The notes under the pieces are model-generated. The model was given only the letters and a program-made list of their open reading frames with translations, had not been told where the DNA came from and searched no databases. Shown here one piece after another: positions 25,922-34,305 of a stretch of DNA of 64,000 bases; within the stretch, counting starts at the first letter, position 1; each line of letters opens with the position of its first letter. The stretch comes from Kiritimatiellia bacterium (GTDB lineage Bacteria; Verrucomicrobiota; Kiritimatiellia; RFP12; UBA1067), in the NCBI GenBank assembly GCA_045537795.1, contig JAZSQE010000033.1:17469-81468 (forward strand). Direction: 5' to 3'. The position numbers were made by a program, and so were the translations under genes.

Positions 25922-27217
25922 TCACCTGCCCGCGAGATTGCGTATGCGCTGCGAGGTGCGTACGGCGCAAAACTCCTTGCCGCACATCGAGCAATGGTCG
26001 TCGCAATGCTTCTCGCCGGCGAATGCTCTCGTTCTGAGCCACCGCTCGCGCGCCCGCTCGGGGTCGAGCGAAAGAGCGAACTGTCTCTCCCAGTCAAACG
26101 CCGCGCGTGCGTCGGACATTGCATCGTCGCGTTCGCGCGCGCCGGGAAGAGCGCGCGCGACATCGCCCGCGTGCGCCGCTATTTTGTAGGCGATACATCC
26201 GCGATGCACTTCGTCGCCGTCCGGGAGTCCCAAATGCTCGGCGGGCGTCACGTAGCACAGAAGCGACGCTCCATACACCGCGGCGGCCGTCGCGCCGATG
26301 GCGCTCGTAATGTGGTCGGAGCCGGGGGCGATGTCGGTCACCACGGGGCCCAGCACGTAGAACGGAGCTCCCTTGCAGACCGTCTGTTCGCGCTCCATGT
26401 TCTCGCGTATCTGATTGAACGGCACGTGCCCCGGCCCTTCGACCATGACCTGCACGCCGCGCGCGCGGCAGCGCTCGACAAGTTCGCCGAGAACGTCGAG
26501 TTCGCCGAACTGCGCCGCATCCGAAGCGTCGGCGAGACATCCGGGGCGCATTCCGTCGCCGAGCGAAACTGTAACATCGTATCTGGCCAGAATCTCGAGA
26601 ACCTCGTCCCAGCGCGTATAAAGAGGGTTCTCGAGGCGATTTTCCATCATCCATTCGGCCATAATCGCCCCGCCCCGGCTTACGATACCCATCTTGCGGT
26701 TCATCGCCGCGGGGATGTCCTTCAGCAGAAGCCCTGCGTGAAGCGTCATGAAATCGACCCCCTGCTCGGCCTGCTCGCGGATGACGTCAAGAAGGAGAAC
26801 GGGATTCATGCGGGGCATGTCGCCTTTGAGGCGCGAAATCGTCTCGTATACGGGGACTGTTCCCAAGGGCTTGGGACTGGCGTCGAGCATCCCTTTGCGA
26901 ATCGCCTTCACGTCGTCGCCGACGGAGAGGTCCATCACGAAGTCGGCGCCCGCCTTGAGGGCGATATCGAGTTTTTCGAGTTCGTCGCCTTTTCCCGAAT
27001 GTGTCACGCTGCGTCCGAGGTTGGCGTTGATTTTGGTCGCAAACATACGTCCTACGCCGACGGGCCGCGCATTTTTATGATTGATATTGAGCGGAATTAC
27101 CGCCGTTCCTTCGGCGACGGCCGCTGCGACGGCATCGACCGGGACGTTTTCTTCCGAAGCGACGATTCGCATCGCTTCGGTTACGATGCCCTTGCGGGCA
27201 GACTCCATCTGCGTCAT
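25922..27217 (-). CDS. thiC: Phosphomethylpyrimidine synthase ThiC
   Basis: MTQMESARKGIVTEAMR... Full-length collinearity with ThiC, including C-terminal CSMCGKEFCAVR (the Fe-S Cys motif). Preceded by a TPP riboswitch. Confidence 0.95.
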   Translation of the reverse strand: MTQMESARKGIVTEAMRIVASEENVPVDAVAAAVAEGTAVIPLNINHKNARPVGVGRMFATKINANLGRSVTHSGKGDELEKLDIALKAGADFVMDLSVGDDVKAIRKGMLDASPKPLGTVPVYETISRLKGDMPRMNPVLLLDVIREQAEQGVDFMTLHAGLLLKDIPAAMNRKMGIVSRGGAIMAEWMMENRLENPLYTRWDEVLEILARYDVTVSLGDGMRPGCLADASDAAQFGELDVLGELVERCRARGVQVMVEGPGHVPFNQIRENMEREQTVCKGAPFYVLGPVVTDIAPGSDHITSAIGATAAAVYGASLLCYVTPAEHLGLPDGDEVHRGCIAYKIAAHAGDVARALPGARERDDAMSDARAAFDWERQFALSLDPERARERWLRTRAFAGEKHCDDHCSMCGKEFCAVRTSQRIRNLAGR

Positions 27218-27227
27218 TTCATTTCCT

Positions 27228-27310
27228 CCGCAGGTATTACCCTGATCAGGTTTTACGGGTATTTTCTCAGCACCCGGACCCCATGTCCGGCAGCACCCCG
27301 ATACTGGCGA
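27228..27310 (-). promoter_or_regulatory. TPP (THI-box) riboswitch controlling thiC
   Basis: The minus strand reads ...GGGGUGCUGCCGGACAUGGGGUCCGGGUGCUGAGAAAAUACCCGUAAAACCUGAUCAGGGUAAUACCUGCGGAGGAAAUGA. It has the CUGAGA, ACCUGAUC and UAAUACC signature elements. The SD GGAGG is part of the 3' stem region. Confidence 0.9.
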
Positions 27311-27312
27311 TC

Positions 27313-27321
27313 ATTATATCA
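27313..27321 (-). promoter_or_regulatory. Extended -10 (TGATATAAT) of the thiC/riboswitch promoter
   Basis: The minus strand reads ...gaatttaTGaTATAATgatcgccagtatcGGGGUGC, which places a transcription start a few nt before the riboswitch. Confidence 0.5.
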
Positions 27322-27372
27322 TAAATTCCCGTCGCGATAAATTCACCGCTCCCGTCACGCGACTACCCTCCA

Positions 27373-28587
27373 TCACGATAAATTCACCGCGCTATCGCGC
27401 AAAATCCCCCTCCCGTCACGCGAAAGATTCTCTCCGCCCTGCTTTCGATATCCAATCTTCATGAATCGCCTCCACCACTTTGATTTATTCCGCACTGTAA
27501 TCTCATTTTTGTACCGTTCCCGCCAGACAGCAAGAGTAGTCGCCTCCTCCACCCGCGCAGGATCGAGAAAGGCGTCGATCCTCTCCATCATCTGCGTCGC
27601 GCCGCGCACGCCTTCTGCAAGTTCGCGATAAATCGCAATCGCCCTCAAGACCTTCTCGTCCGGAACCCTGCTTTTCGAATCGGAGACATTCTTGTTTCCA
27701 TCGGGAGAATCTTCCCCGACGAGCACCGCTTCCGCAGGTTGCGGATCTTGAAGCTCCGTCAACTGCTTCAACTTCTTTGCGGCCGCTTTATAGCGCATAA
27801 TGGTCGTATACTTGCAGACCAAAACAGGGATATTGTCGGCGAGCCATCCTTTCACGCCTTGGTTGCGGCCGATTATCCGCCCTTCCGCGAAGCGAAGAGA
27901 ATTATCAACATAACATTCAAGGTCGTGTATCATGCTCCCGAACCGTATCGCGGCTTCTTTTGAATCCTTACGATGAATATACGCCTCGAGAACGGCCTCT
28001 TTCGTCGGACAGACATTGACCGTCGTACGCTTGACAATGCGACGCCGATCTGCGGCCAGCGCCCGTCGACGCGCAGTTTCGCGCTCGTAATAAAGCGGCC
28101 GAATCGCGCGATGCTTCAAATTGGCGAGTGCCATACCGGCAAGTGTCGTTATCAATTCAAGTGTGCAGCAACTTGCCACTGCGCCGACGTTGAGCGTCAA
28201 TATAAAATGCATCAGTATAAGCGCCGAGACGATGTCGGTGAAACGCGGCAATCTTGGAGCGTTTTGGCCTGAAAGCTTAAAATACCGCTGCGCCGTTTTA
28301 CGAACCCAGACATCTGTCGCCATTTCAAACGCCATTTCCATTGAGGAAAACCCGTTTTCGCGCCAAGAAATCGCCCGACCCTCGGTGGCCTCGCACAAAT
28401 CACCGAATGCCCGTGCGAGAGCACGGTTGCGATTCTGGCGCCGCTGCCAACGATGCTCCTCACGCCTATCTCGCTCAGCCATAATTTCACGCTCGGCAAG
28501 CAGATAACGAGCCATCCAGCGATGATATTCAACATCTGTCATTTCAACGCAAGACGCTTTATTGCGGGAGAATTTATTTGTTTGCAT
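27373..28587 (-). CDS. Hypothetical protein (405 aa), no recognisable family
   Basis: Start chosen at ATG 28587 (MQTNKFSRNK) with SD GAGGG 6 nt upstream. The ORF-track start at 28695 is a TTG lying upstream of a predicted promoter. Arg/Glu-rich N-region, one hydrophobic stretch (IVSALILMHFILTLNVGAVASCC). Visibly lower GC than its neighbours. Confidence 0.6.
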   Translation of the reverse strand: MQTNKFSRNKASCVEMTDVEYHRWMARYLLAEREIMAERDRREEHRWQRRQNRNRALARAFGDLCEATEGRAISWRENGFSSMEMAFEMATDVWVRKTAQRYFKLSGQNAPRLPRFTDIVSALILMHFILTLNVGAVASCCTLELITTLAGMALANLKHRAIRPLYYERETARRRALAADRRRIVKRTTVNVCPTKEAVLEAYIHRKDSKEAAIRFGSMIHDLECYVDNSLRFAEGRIIGRNQGVKGWLADNIPVLVCKYTTIMRYKAAAKKLKQLTELQDPQPAEAVLVGEDSPDGNKNVSDSKSRVPDEKVLRAIAIYRELAEGVRGATQMMERIDAFLDPARVEEATTLAVWRERYKNEITVRNKSKWWRRFMKIGYRKQGGENLSRDGRGILRDSAVNLS

Positions 28588-28612
28588 ATCAATCCCTCGT
28601 GTTTTCGGCAAC

Positions 28613-28641
28613 ATGATAACAAATAGGGCGATGAAAGGCAA
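28613..28641 (-). promoter_or_regulatory. Predicted promoter TTGCCT-17-TATCAT (TG-extended) for the 405-aa orphan gene
   Basis: The minus strand reads ...ggTTGCCTttcatcgccctatttgtTATCATgttgccgaaaacacGAGGGattgatATG. Confidence 0.35.
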
Positions 28642-28768
28642 CCCAAAAATGAGATTACAGTGCGGAATAATCATATACGTCGTATTCGGAAGCAAATGCG
28701 AGAAAACCGTGCATATACTTCAGGTGATGCCGCAATCAAAAAAGACGAGATAAGAACGCCCTAAGGGC

Positions 28769-28885
28769 GACTACTGCTGATGACTACAACGAACGACTAT
28801 GACGGACGACTATGGCGAACGACTACGACGGACGACTACAGAAGATGACTACAACGGACGACTACAGAGGATGACTATGATCGGT
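28769..28885. repeat. Perfectly phased 13-bp x 9 tandem direct repeat (GACTAY-N7)
   Basis: GACTA recurs at 28769, 28782, 28795, 28808, 28821, 28834, 28847, 28860 and 28873 (units gactacaacgaac, gactatgacggac, gactacgacggac ...). A 13-nt period is not a multiple of 3. The array is intergenic between divergent genes. Confidence 0.9.
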
Positions 28886-28899
28886 TGGCGTGGTATAAT
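28871..28899 (+). promoter_or_regulatory. Predicted promoter of the VIT1 gene: extended -10 TGGTATAAT, with the -35 position inside the last 13-bp repeat unit
   Basis: tggtataat at 28891-28899. The hexamer 17 nt upstream is atgact (28871-28876). Only 10 nt (acacgcacat, no SD) separate the -10 from ATG 28910. Confidence 0.5.
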
Positions 28900-28909
28900 A
28901 CACGCACAT

Positions 28910-29785
28910 ATGAAAAACGATACAAAAGAAGAAGCTGTCCTCATTTCACAGCTACGCAATGAATGTACGGAAGCGGCGGTCTACGCCCGGCTCGCAAAAC
29001 TCGAGAAAAATCCGAAAAACAAGGAAATCCTCGAGCGCATCAGCGCCGATGAAGAGTCCCACGCGCGCATCATAGAGGACATTCTCGGCCGCGAGGCCCG
29101 CCCCTTGAACTTCAAGACGACATGGATCGTTTTCTGCGCCCGCGTTTTCGGCGTGACATTCACCCTCAAATCGATGGAGCGCGGCGAAAACACCGCAAGC
29201 ATAACATACCGCAAAATCCTGAAGAATTATCCGCAACTCGAGGTAATCGCAGAAGACGAAGACCGTCACGAGGCGGAACTCATCGAAATGCTCAACGACG
29301 AAAGACTGAACCACATGGGAGCCATCGTTCTCGGTCTCAATGACGCTCTCGTCGAACTTACCGGCGCGCTCGCCGGATTCACGTTCGCGCTTGGTGAGCC
29401 CCTGAAAATCGCGAAACTCGGCCTTATAACCGGATTCGCAGCGGCTATGTCGATGGCGGCGTCCGCGTTTCTTTCGGCCAAGGCCGGCGAAAGCGGTAGC
29501 GGCGAGAAAAACGCCCCGAACAGCGGCGCACTGAAAACGGCCGCCTACACCGGCATCGCGTATATCCTCACGGTACTTGTTCTGGTCGCACCGTACGCGC
29601 TTGTCCCGAACGCGACGTCAGCGCTCGCGGCAATGCTCCTTTCCGCGTTAGGCATCATCGCGTTTTTCAATTTTTATCTGAGCGTAGCGCGCGGGACGTC
29701 CTTCTTCCGAGGGTTTTCCGTGATGGCGGGAATCTCCACTCTCGTCGCGCTCATATCGTACGCCTTCGGATATTTCCTGCGCTGA
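28910..29785 (+). CDS. VIT1/CCC1-family Fe/Mn transporter with N-terminal ferritin/rubrerythrin-like domain
   Basis: EAAVYARLAKLE...ISADEESHARIIE (ferritin-like). MGAIVLGLNDALVELTGALAG plus C-terminal TM helices (VIT1 domain). ATG 28910 is used because the longer track ORF (28799) reads through the 13-bp array. Confidence 0.75.
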   Translation: MKNDTKEEAVLISQLRNECTEAAVYARLAKLEKNPKNKEILERISADEESHARIIEDILGREARPLNFKTTWIVFCARVFGVTFTLKSMERGENTASITYRKILKNYPQLEVIAEDEDRHEAELIEMLNDERLNHMGAIVLGLNDALVELTGALAGFTFALGEPLKIAKLGLITGFAAAMSMAASAFLSAKAGESGSGEKNAPNSGALKTAAYTGIAYILTVLVLVAPYALVPNATSALAAMLLSALGIIAFFNFYLSVARGTSFFRGFSVMAGISTLVALISYAFGYFLR

Positions 29786-29795
29786 TTCCAGATAG

Positions 29796-29832
29796 AGCGG
29801 ACATTTTCGAAACAGCCTCGGAAATGTCCGCT
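29796..29832. terminator. Strong hairpin between convergent VIT1 and pdxS genes (candidate bidirectional terminator)
   Basis: agcggacattttcga (29796-29810) pairs with tcggaaatgtccgct (29818-29832). This gives a ~15-bp stem (one G-U) with a 7-nt loop aacagcc. There is no clear U-tract. Confidence 0.45.
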
Positions 29833-29849
29833 GACCGATGTCCGAAGAT

Positions 29850-30722
29850 CTACACTCCGCGCGCTTCCATAATCGTCTTGATTTCGTCGGCGTTGATTCC
29901 GACCATCGCTTCGCCAAGATCGGCCGAGAGTTCCGCGAGAAGCGAGGCGTCGCGCCAGTTCGCGACCGCACGCACGATCGCCGAGGCGCGCTTGACAGGA
30001 TCGCCGCTTTTGAAAATGCCAGACCCCACGAACACGCCGTCGGCGCCGAGTTCCATCATGAGCGCCGCGTCTGCGGGCGTCGCCACTCCGCCCGCCGCGA
30101 AATTGACGACGGGGAGCGACCCGTTCTCATGAACGTGCTTCACAAGCTCCAGCGGTGCGGCGAATTCCTTCGCGGCTTCATAAAGTTCGTCCTCGCGCAT
30201 CGAAACGACTCTGCGAATATCGCTTTGCATGCGTCGCATGTGGCGCACCGCCTGCACGATATCGCCCGTCCCGGCCTCTCCCTTGGTGCGGAGCATCGCC
30301 GCGCCTTCTCCGATACGCCTCAACGCCTCGCCCAGATCGCGCGCTCCGCAGACGAATGGCGTCGAAAACGCGTTCTTGTCGACATGGTAAAGATCGTCGG
30401 CGGGCGAAAGGACTTCGCTCTCGTCAATGCAGTCGATTTTCATGGCTTCGAGAATGCGCGCTTCGACCGTGTGACCGAGACGGCACTTGGCCATCACGGG
30501 AATCGACACCGCTTTCTGGATCGACCTTATCATCGCCGGGTCGCTCATTCTGCTCACGCCACCCGCCGCGCGGATATCCGCCGGAACGCGCTCTAAAGCC
30601 ATAACCGCCGACGCACCCGCCGCCTCGGCTATCTCGGCCTGTTCGGGCGTAGTCACGTCCATGATGACCCCGCCCTTCAGAGAGCGGATTATTCCGATTT
30701 TCCTTTCGAAACAGTTTTTCAT
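29850..30722 (-). CDS. pdxS: Pyridoxal 5'-phosphate synthase lyase subunit PdxS
   Basis: [47 protein letters not shown]... is near-canonical PdxS. Start taken at [10 protein letters not shown] (ATG 30722). No pdxT is adjacent. Confidence 0.9.
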   Translation of the reverse strand: MKNCFERKIGIIRSLKGGVIMDVTTPEQAEIAEAAGASAVMALERVPADIRAAGGVSRMSDPAMIRSIQKAVSIPVMAKCRLGHTVEARILEAMKIDCIDESEVLSPADDLYHVDKNAFSTPFVCGARDLGEALRRIGEGAAMLRTKGEAGTGDIVQAVRHMRRMQSDIRRVVSMREDELYEAAKEFAAPLELVKHVHENGSLPVVNFAAGGVATPADAALMMELGADGVFVGSGIFKSGDPVKRASAIVRAVANWRDASLLAELSADLGEAMVGINADEIKTIMEARGV

Positions 30723-30741
30723 TCCTTTTTCTCCTTTTCCG

Positions 30742-30771
30742 TTGGCATATAGTTTAGCATCATGGTATAAT
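30742..30771 (+). promoter_or_regulatory. Predicted promoter TTGGCA-18-TATAAT with extended TGG (regulator gene)
   Basis: ttggca at 30742-30747 and tggtataat at 30763-30771, in the pdxS/regulator divergent spacer. Confidence 0.5.
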
Positions 30772-30772
30772 A

Positions 30773-30794
30773 CATACAATCATAAACTTGTATG
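30773..30794. promoter_or_regulatory. 7-bp perfect inverted repeat (CATACAA-N8-TTGTATG), candidate operator
   Basis: catacaa (30773-30779) and ttgtatg (30788-30794). It lies immediately downstream of the -10, over the predicted transcription start. Confidence 0.35.
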
Positions 30795-30807
30795 GAAGAC
30801 AATAAAA

Positions 30808-32175
30808 ATGCCCGTCAACTCATATAGCGACCGTCCGCTTTCCTGGACTCCGTCCGCCGGTGCGAGGGCGAAACGACCCGTCTATCTCTCGCTCGCCGCC
30901 CAACTCGAAGACGACATTCTCTCCGGCACGCTCCCCGAAGGCGTCAGACTGCCGCCGCAACGCGAACTCGCCGATTTTCTCGATATCGACTTCACGACCG
31001 TCACGCGCGCATACGGCATCTGCCGCGACAAAGGTCTCATAACCGGCGTTACGGGGCGAGGAACGTTCGTCACGCCTCGCGACTCCTCCGACGCCGCCTC
31101 CGGCATCGTCGATTGCGGAGTCGTTCACGGCTTTCCCGAATCAGGCACGGCCGAAATCACGTCTGCCGCGCGCGATGTCCTCGCCCGATCTTCAGCCGCG
31201 ACCATATTCTCATACAAGAACCGCGACGGCTCGCCTTCGGCCATGGCGGCCGCAAAAAAATGGATGGCCCTCAACGGTGTCGACATCGGCGAAAACCAAA
31301 CGGCCGCGTTCCCTGGGGCGCAAGGCGCGATCTCGGCCGCGCTTCTCGCGCTCTTCCGTCCGGGAGACGGCATAGCGACCGATGAATTCACGTATGCGAA
31401 CTTCATATCGCTCGCGCGTCTCGCGCACCTGAGACTCGTTCCTGTCGCGGCGGACAAATGCGGCATGCGTCCGGACGGGCTTGAGGAAGCGGCCGTCTCG
31501 CAAAATCTGAAAGGCATATTCCTTATGCCGCGCAACGCGAACCCTACCGGACTTTCGCTTTCAGAAACGCGAAAGCGCGATCTTGCCGGAATCATCCGCG
31601 CGAAGAATCTTCTGCTTATCGAAGACGACGCAAAACTCCTGCTCGACGGAAAGCCGGAAAAGACGCTCTTTTCCCGGATTCCCGGACAGACGGTATACAT
31701 CGCGGGATCGACGCGCATAATCGCGCCGGGCATCCGCGCGACGTTCATGGCTTTCCCCGAATGCCGCTCGGAACGCATCCGCGCGGCTCTTCATCATCTG
31801 ACGATCAAAGCGAGCGCTCTCGACACCGAAATACTCTCTGAACTCATCCTTTCCGGCCGCGCCGAAAAGATACTTGCCGCCAAGGCGAAAAAGGCACGCG
31901 AGGCAAACGCGATTTTCAACAAGATGTGTCCGGACGCTCCGCGGCGCCCGGACACATCCCTTTTCCGCACGCTCCCGCTCCCGGGCACTTCGGGGCACGG
32001 CCAGACGATCGAGGCGCGGTTGCGCGCGGCAGGCGTATCGGTCTGCCATTCCGACCGCTTCAGCGTCAAGCCCGGGCGCGGCGATTCCTTCCTTCGCGTT
32101 TCTGTCTCGTCGGCCTCGACGCCCGCTCAACTGAGAAAAGGTCTAAAAATCATTTTCGCTTCCGTGCGCCGGTGA
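30808..32175 (+). CDS. MocR/GntR-family transcriptional regulator with aminotransferase-like domain (PdxR-like)
   Basis: The N-terminal winged HTH reads LPPQRELADFLDIDFTTVTRAYGICRDKGLITGVTGRGTFV. It is followed by a ~350-aa fold-type-I aminotransferase-like domain. The gene is divergent from pdxS. Start at MPVNSYSDRPL (ATG 30808). Confidence 0.75.
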   Translation: MPVNSYSDRPLSWTPSAGARAKRPVYLSLAAQLEDDILSGTLPEGVRLPPQRELADFLDIDFTTVTRAYGICRDKGLITGVTGRGTFVTPRDSSDAASGIVDCGVVHGFPESGTAEITSAARDVLARSSAATIFSYKNRDGSPSAMAAAKKWMALNGVDIGENQTAAFPGAQGAISAALLALFRPGDGIATDEFTYANFISLARLAHLRLVPVAADKCGMRPDGLEEAAVSQNLKGIFLMPRNANPTGLSLSETRKRDLAGIIRAKNLLLIEDDAKLLLDGKPEKTLFSRIPGQTVYIAGSTRIIAPGIRATFMAFPECRSERIRAALHHLTIKASALDTEILSELILSGRAEKILAAKAKKAREANAIFNKMCPDAPRRPDTSLFRTLPLPGTSGHGQTIEARLRAAGVSVCHSDRFSVKPGRGDSFLRVSVSSASTPAQLRKGLKIIFASVRR

Positions 32176-32299
32176 AAAGCCCGCCGACAACCGCACCAAA
32201 GCCGTCTCCATCGCCCTTCGCAAGCAGCTTCTCAAAGGCTGAAACCGCCGCGACGGAAGGAGCCGGCGAGCGAAAAGCGCGGGCGCCGACCCGAAGGCG

Positions 32300-33250
32300 T
32301 CAGAAGCTTAAGTTGGCCTGAAAGCCGCCCCAGACGCAATCGTCGTCGTAGTGAGAGCCCCAATATTCTCCGCTGTCGCGATAGTTTTCGCGGATGGACT
32401 CGTTGAGCAGCGAGGTGAACGCGATAACGCCGCCGACGGAGAAGTTGTCGCAGATCTGCCAGGTGAGCGTAGCCTTTATGGTCGTGCCGCCGATGCCGTC
32501 CTTGTTGCCGCGGGTGAATTCGCCTTCGTCGCCGACGTTCTCGTCAAAGACGCGACCGACGCCGTAGAGATAATCAAGATACTTGCCGCTGCCGAAGTTG
32601 ACGTTCCAGTCAAGGCCGAGCGTGAGAGAATCGCCGATCGACATTTCTTCGAGAAGAACGAAATCGCGCTTAAGCCCCAATTCGTAATGCGTCCCGTCCA
32701 TATTGCGATACATGTGGCTTATCATGCCGTAAGGAGTGACGAAAGGATTTTCGAATTCCGCCTTGACGTAGATCTCGCACGAAGAGGCGTAGTCCTTGTC
32801 ATATTCGCTCTTGACATCGTTGACGAACCATTCGTGTCCGACCTCGAGCGTGAGAGTCATCGTCTCGTCATCGTTCGACCAGACGCTCGCGCCGAGATGG
32901 ACGTTGTAGTCGGTCTCGTTCCACTCGCCGCGCATCTCTTCGCGACGGCGGTTCGTGAGATCGTAATTCTGCCATACGTAAAAACCGAGATAGAAGGGAT
33001 CAAACGCCGTGAAATCGGCCCACACGCAAGGCTGTGCTACAGGACGATCGTTGTACACCTGATTGCGAAAGATATATGCCGAGTAGAAGCCCAGATCGAA
33101 ACCAGCCTCAAAAAGCGCGTCTTCCGATTCTTCGGTTTCTTCCTCATCAGCCGTAACGGCGGCGGTCGCTGTCTTGTCTTCAGCGGGTTGCTGAGCATCC
33201 GCGAAAGCAGAGCATGATGCGACGAGAACAGCGATTATCAGTTTCTTCAT
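32300..33250 (-). CDS. Putative outer-membrane beta-barrel protein
   Basis: Signal peptide MKKLIIAVLVASCSAFADA. An acidic linker, then alternating aromatic/Gly beta-strand pattern. The terminal ...GGFQANLSF (C-terminal Phe) is typical of OMPs. Confidence 0.55.
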   Translation of the reverse strand: MKKLIIAVLVASCSAFADAQQPAEDKTATAAVTADEEETEESEDALFEAGFDLGFYSAYIFRNQVYNDRPVAQPCVWADFTAFDPFYLGFYVWQNYDLTNRRREEMRGEWNETDYNVHLGASVWSNDDETMTLTLEVGHEWFVNDVKSEYDKDYASSCEIYVKAEFENPFVTPYGMISHMYRNMDGTHYELGLKRDFVLLEEMSIGDSLTLGLDWNVNFGSGKYLDYLYGVGRVFDENVGDEGEFTRGNKDGIGGTTIKATLTWQICDNFSVGGVIAFTSLLNESIRENYRDSGEYWGSHYDDDCVWGGFQANLSF

Positions 33251-33334
33251 TCTTAGTAATTCCTTTCTTTTCTGATTGAACGCGCGAATTATATCACCAA
33301 GAGCGGTCCCATGTCTACCGAAAATAACAGGCGA

Positions 33335-34117
33335 TCACTTCGCGTGCGCTTTTTTAGCTTCGCTGAACGACATGCCGCACGCGCGCGACATTCCGTCTAT
33401 GTTGGAACGGAGCGTCGAGAGAAGCTGCTTTTTCTCGTGCTCGATCTCCGCGGGGACTTTCGTTTTTTCTATTTTGGCGCTGAGCACCTTCATGCTTTCC
33501 AGAATTTCCTTCAGCACGGCGACGCTCTTTTCGTATGCCGCACGCTGCTTATCTTCACCCTTCTGGGAGAATGGATTGCCGATAGCCACGAGTTTCCCGT
33601 AGTAAGGCTTCATCAATTCATTCAACTCGTCAGAAAGCGGCGTTATGTGCTTGTCGATCAGCGGACGCAGCTTCAACTCTTTCGCGAGCGATTGAGCATA
33701 AGCCTTGGGCGTGGCGCCATTGCCCGGACGAGACGCTTTTGACGCCTTGCCGTCGGCAGAAATGAACTTAACGGTCGGAAAACCCCTGATGCCGTATTTC
33801 CGCGTCAGTTCAGGATTGCGCTTGGCCGCCTTCTCGGAAAGCTTCGACTTATCGCGCGGCGAATCGATATACACGAGTTCGAAATATTTAGACGCCTCTT
33901 GCGTAAACTCCTTCTTGGACAGATAATCCTTCTCGAGCACCTTGCACCAATAACACCAATCGCTGCCGGAAAACACGACATACACCGTTTTGCCCGATTT
34001 TTTGGCGGCGGCGAGCGCCGCGTCTAAATCATCCGTGAATCCCGCGGGAGTGGATGTGCCGGCCAAGGCCGAGAGAGCGAAAGCCGAAAGAACTGCCGTC
34101 ATCATTGTTTTTCTCAT
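33335..34117 (-). CDS. Secreted thioredoxin-fold protein (WCYWC active site)
   Basis: Signal peptide MRKTMMTAVLSAFALSALA. VYVVFSGSDWCYWCKVLEKDYL is a thioredoxin-like CxxC. Confidence 0.7.
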   Translation of the reverse strand: MRKTMMTAVLSAFALSALAGTSTPAGFTDDLDAALAAAKKSGKTVYVVFSGSDWCYWCKVLEKDYLSKKEFTQEASKYFELVYIDSPRDKSKLSEKAAKRNPELTRKYGIRGFPTVKFISADGKASKASRPGNGATPKAYAQSLAKELKLRPLIDKHITPLSDELNELMKPYYGKLVAIGNPFSQKGEDKQRAAYEKSVAVLKEILESMKVLSAKIEKTKVPAEIEHEKKQLLSTLRSNIDGMSRACGMSFSEAKKAHAK

Positions 34118-34262
34118 TTTCAGTTTCCTTTCCGCGGCTCAAGCCGCTGTCTTGCCGTCAGCCTGAAACCCGGATCAAAAACGACCGCGTCTCCGGCTTT
34201 GCGAGCATTATGATATCATGCTTTGCCCAAATAATCAACGGCTATGTTCGCAACGGCTCTTA

Positions 34263-34271
34263 TGGTATAAT
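34263..34271 (+). promoter_or_regulatory. Extended -10 element TGGTATAAT upstream of the thioesterase gene
   Basis: taTGGTATAATg at 34263-34271, 35 nt upstream of ATG 34306. Confidence 0.45.
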
Positions 34272-34305
34272 GATGATCCGACCGAGAACCACAAAGACAA
34301 ACGCC

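Noticed and set aside
25427-27340. 637-aa plus-strand ORF
   Set aside because: It lies antisense to the Gfo/Idh/MocA gene, to thiC (near-certain) and to the TPP riboswitch. Its composition is Arg/Ala/Gly-rich. It is an artefact of stop-codon-poor high-GC DNA.
28769-28885. Tandem array as a CRISPR array or protein-coding repeat
   Set aside because: The units are contiguous with no spacers, and there are no cas genes. The 13-nt period rules out an in-frame peptide repeat.
28799-28909. N-terminal extension of the VIT1 ORF (MTDDYGERLRRTTTEDDYNGRLQRMTM...)
   Set aside because: It is a read-through of the 13-bp tandem array, whose period is not a multiple of 3, and of the predicted promoter. Family homology starts at MKNDTKEEAV (28910).
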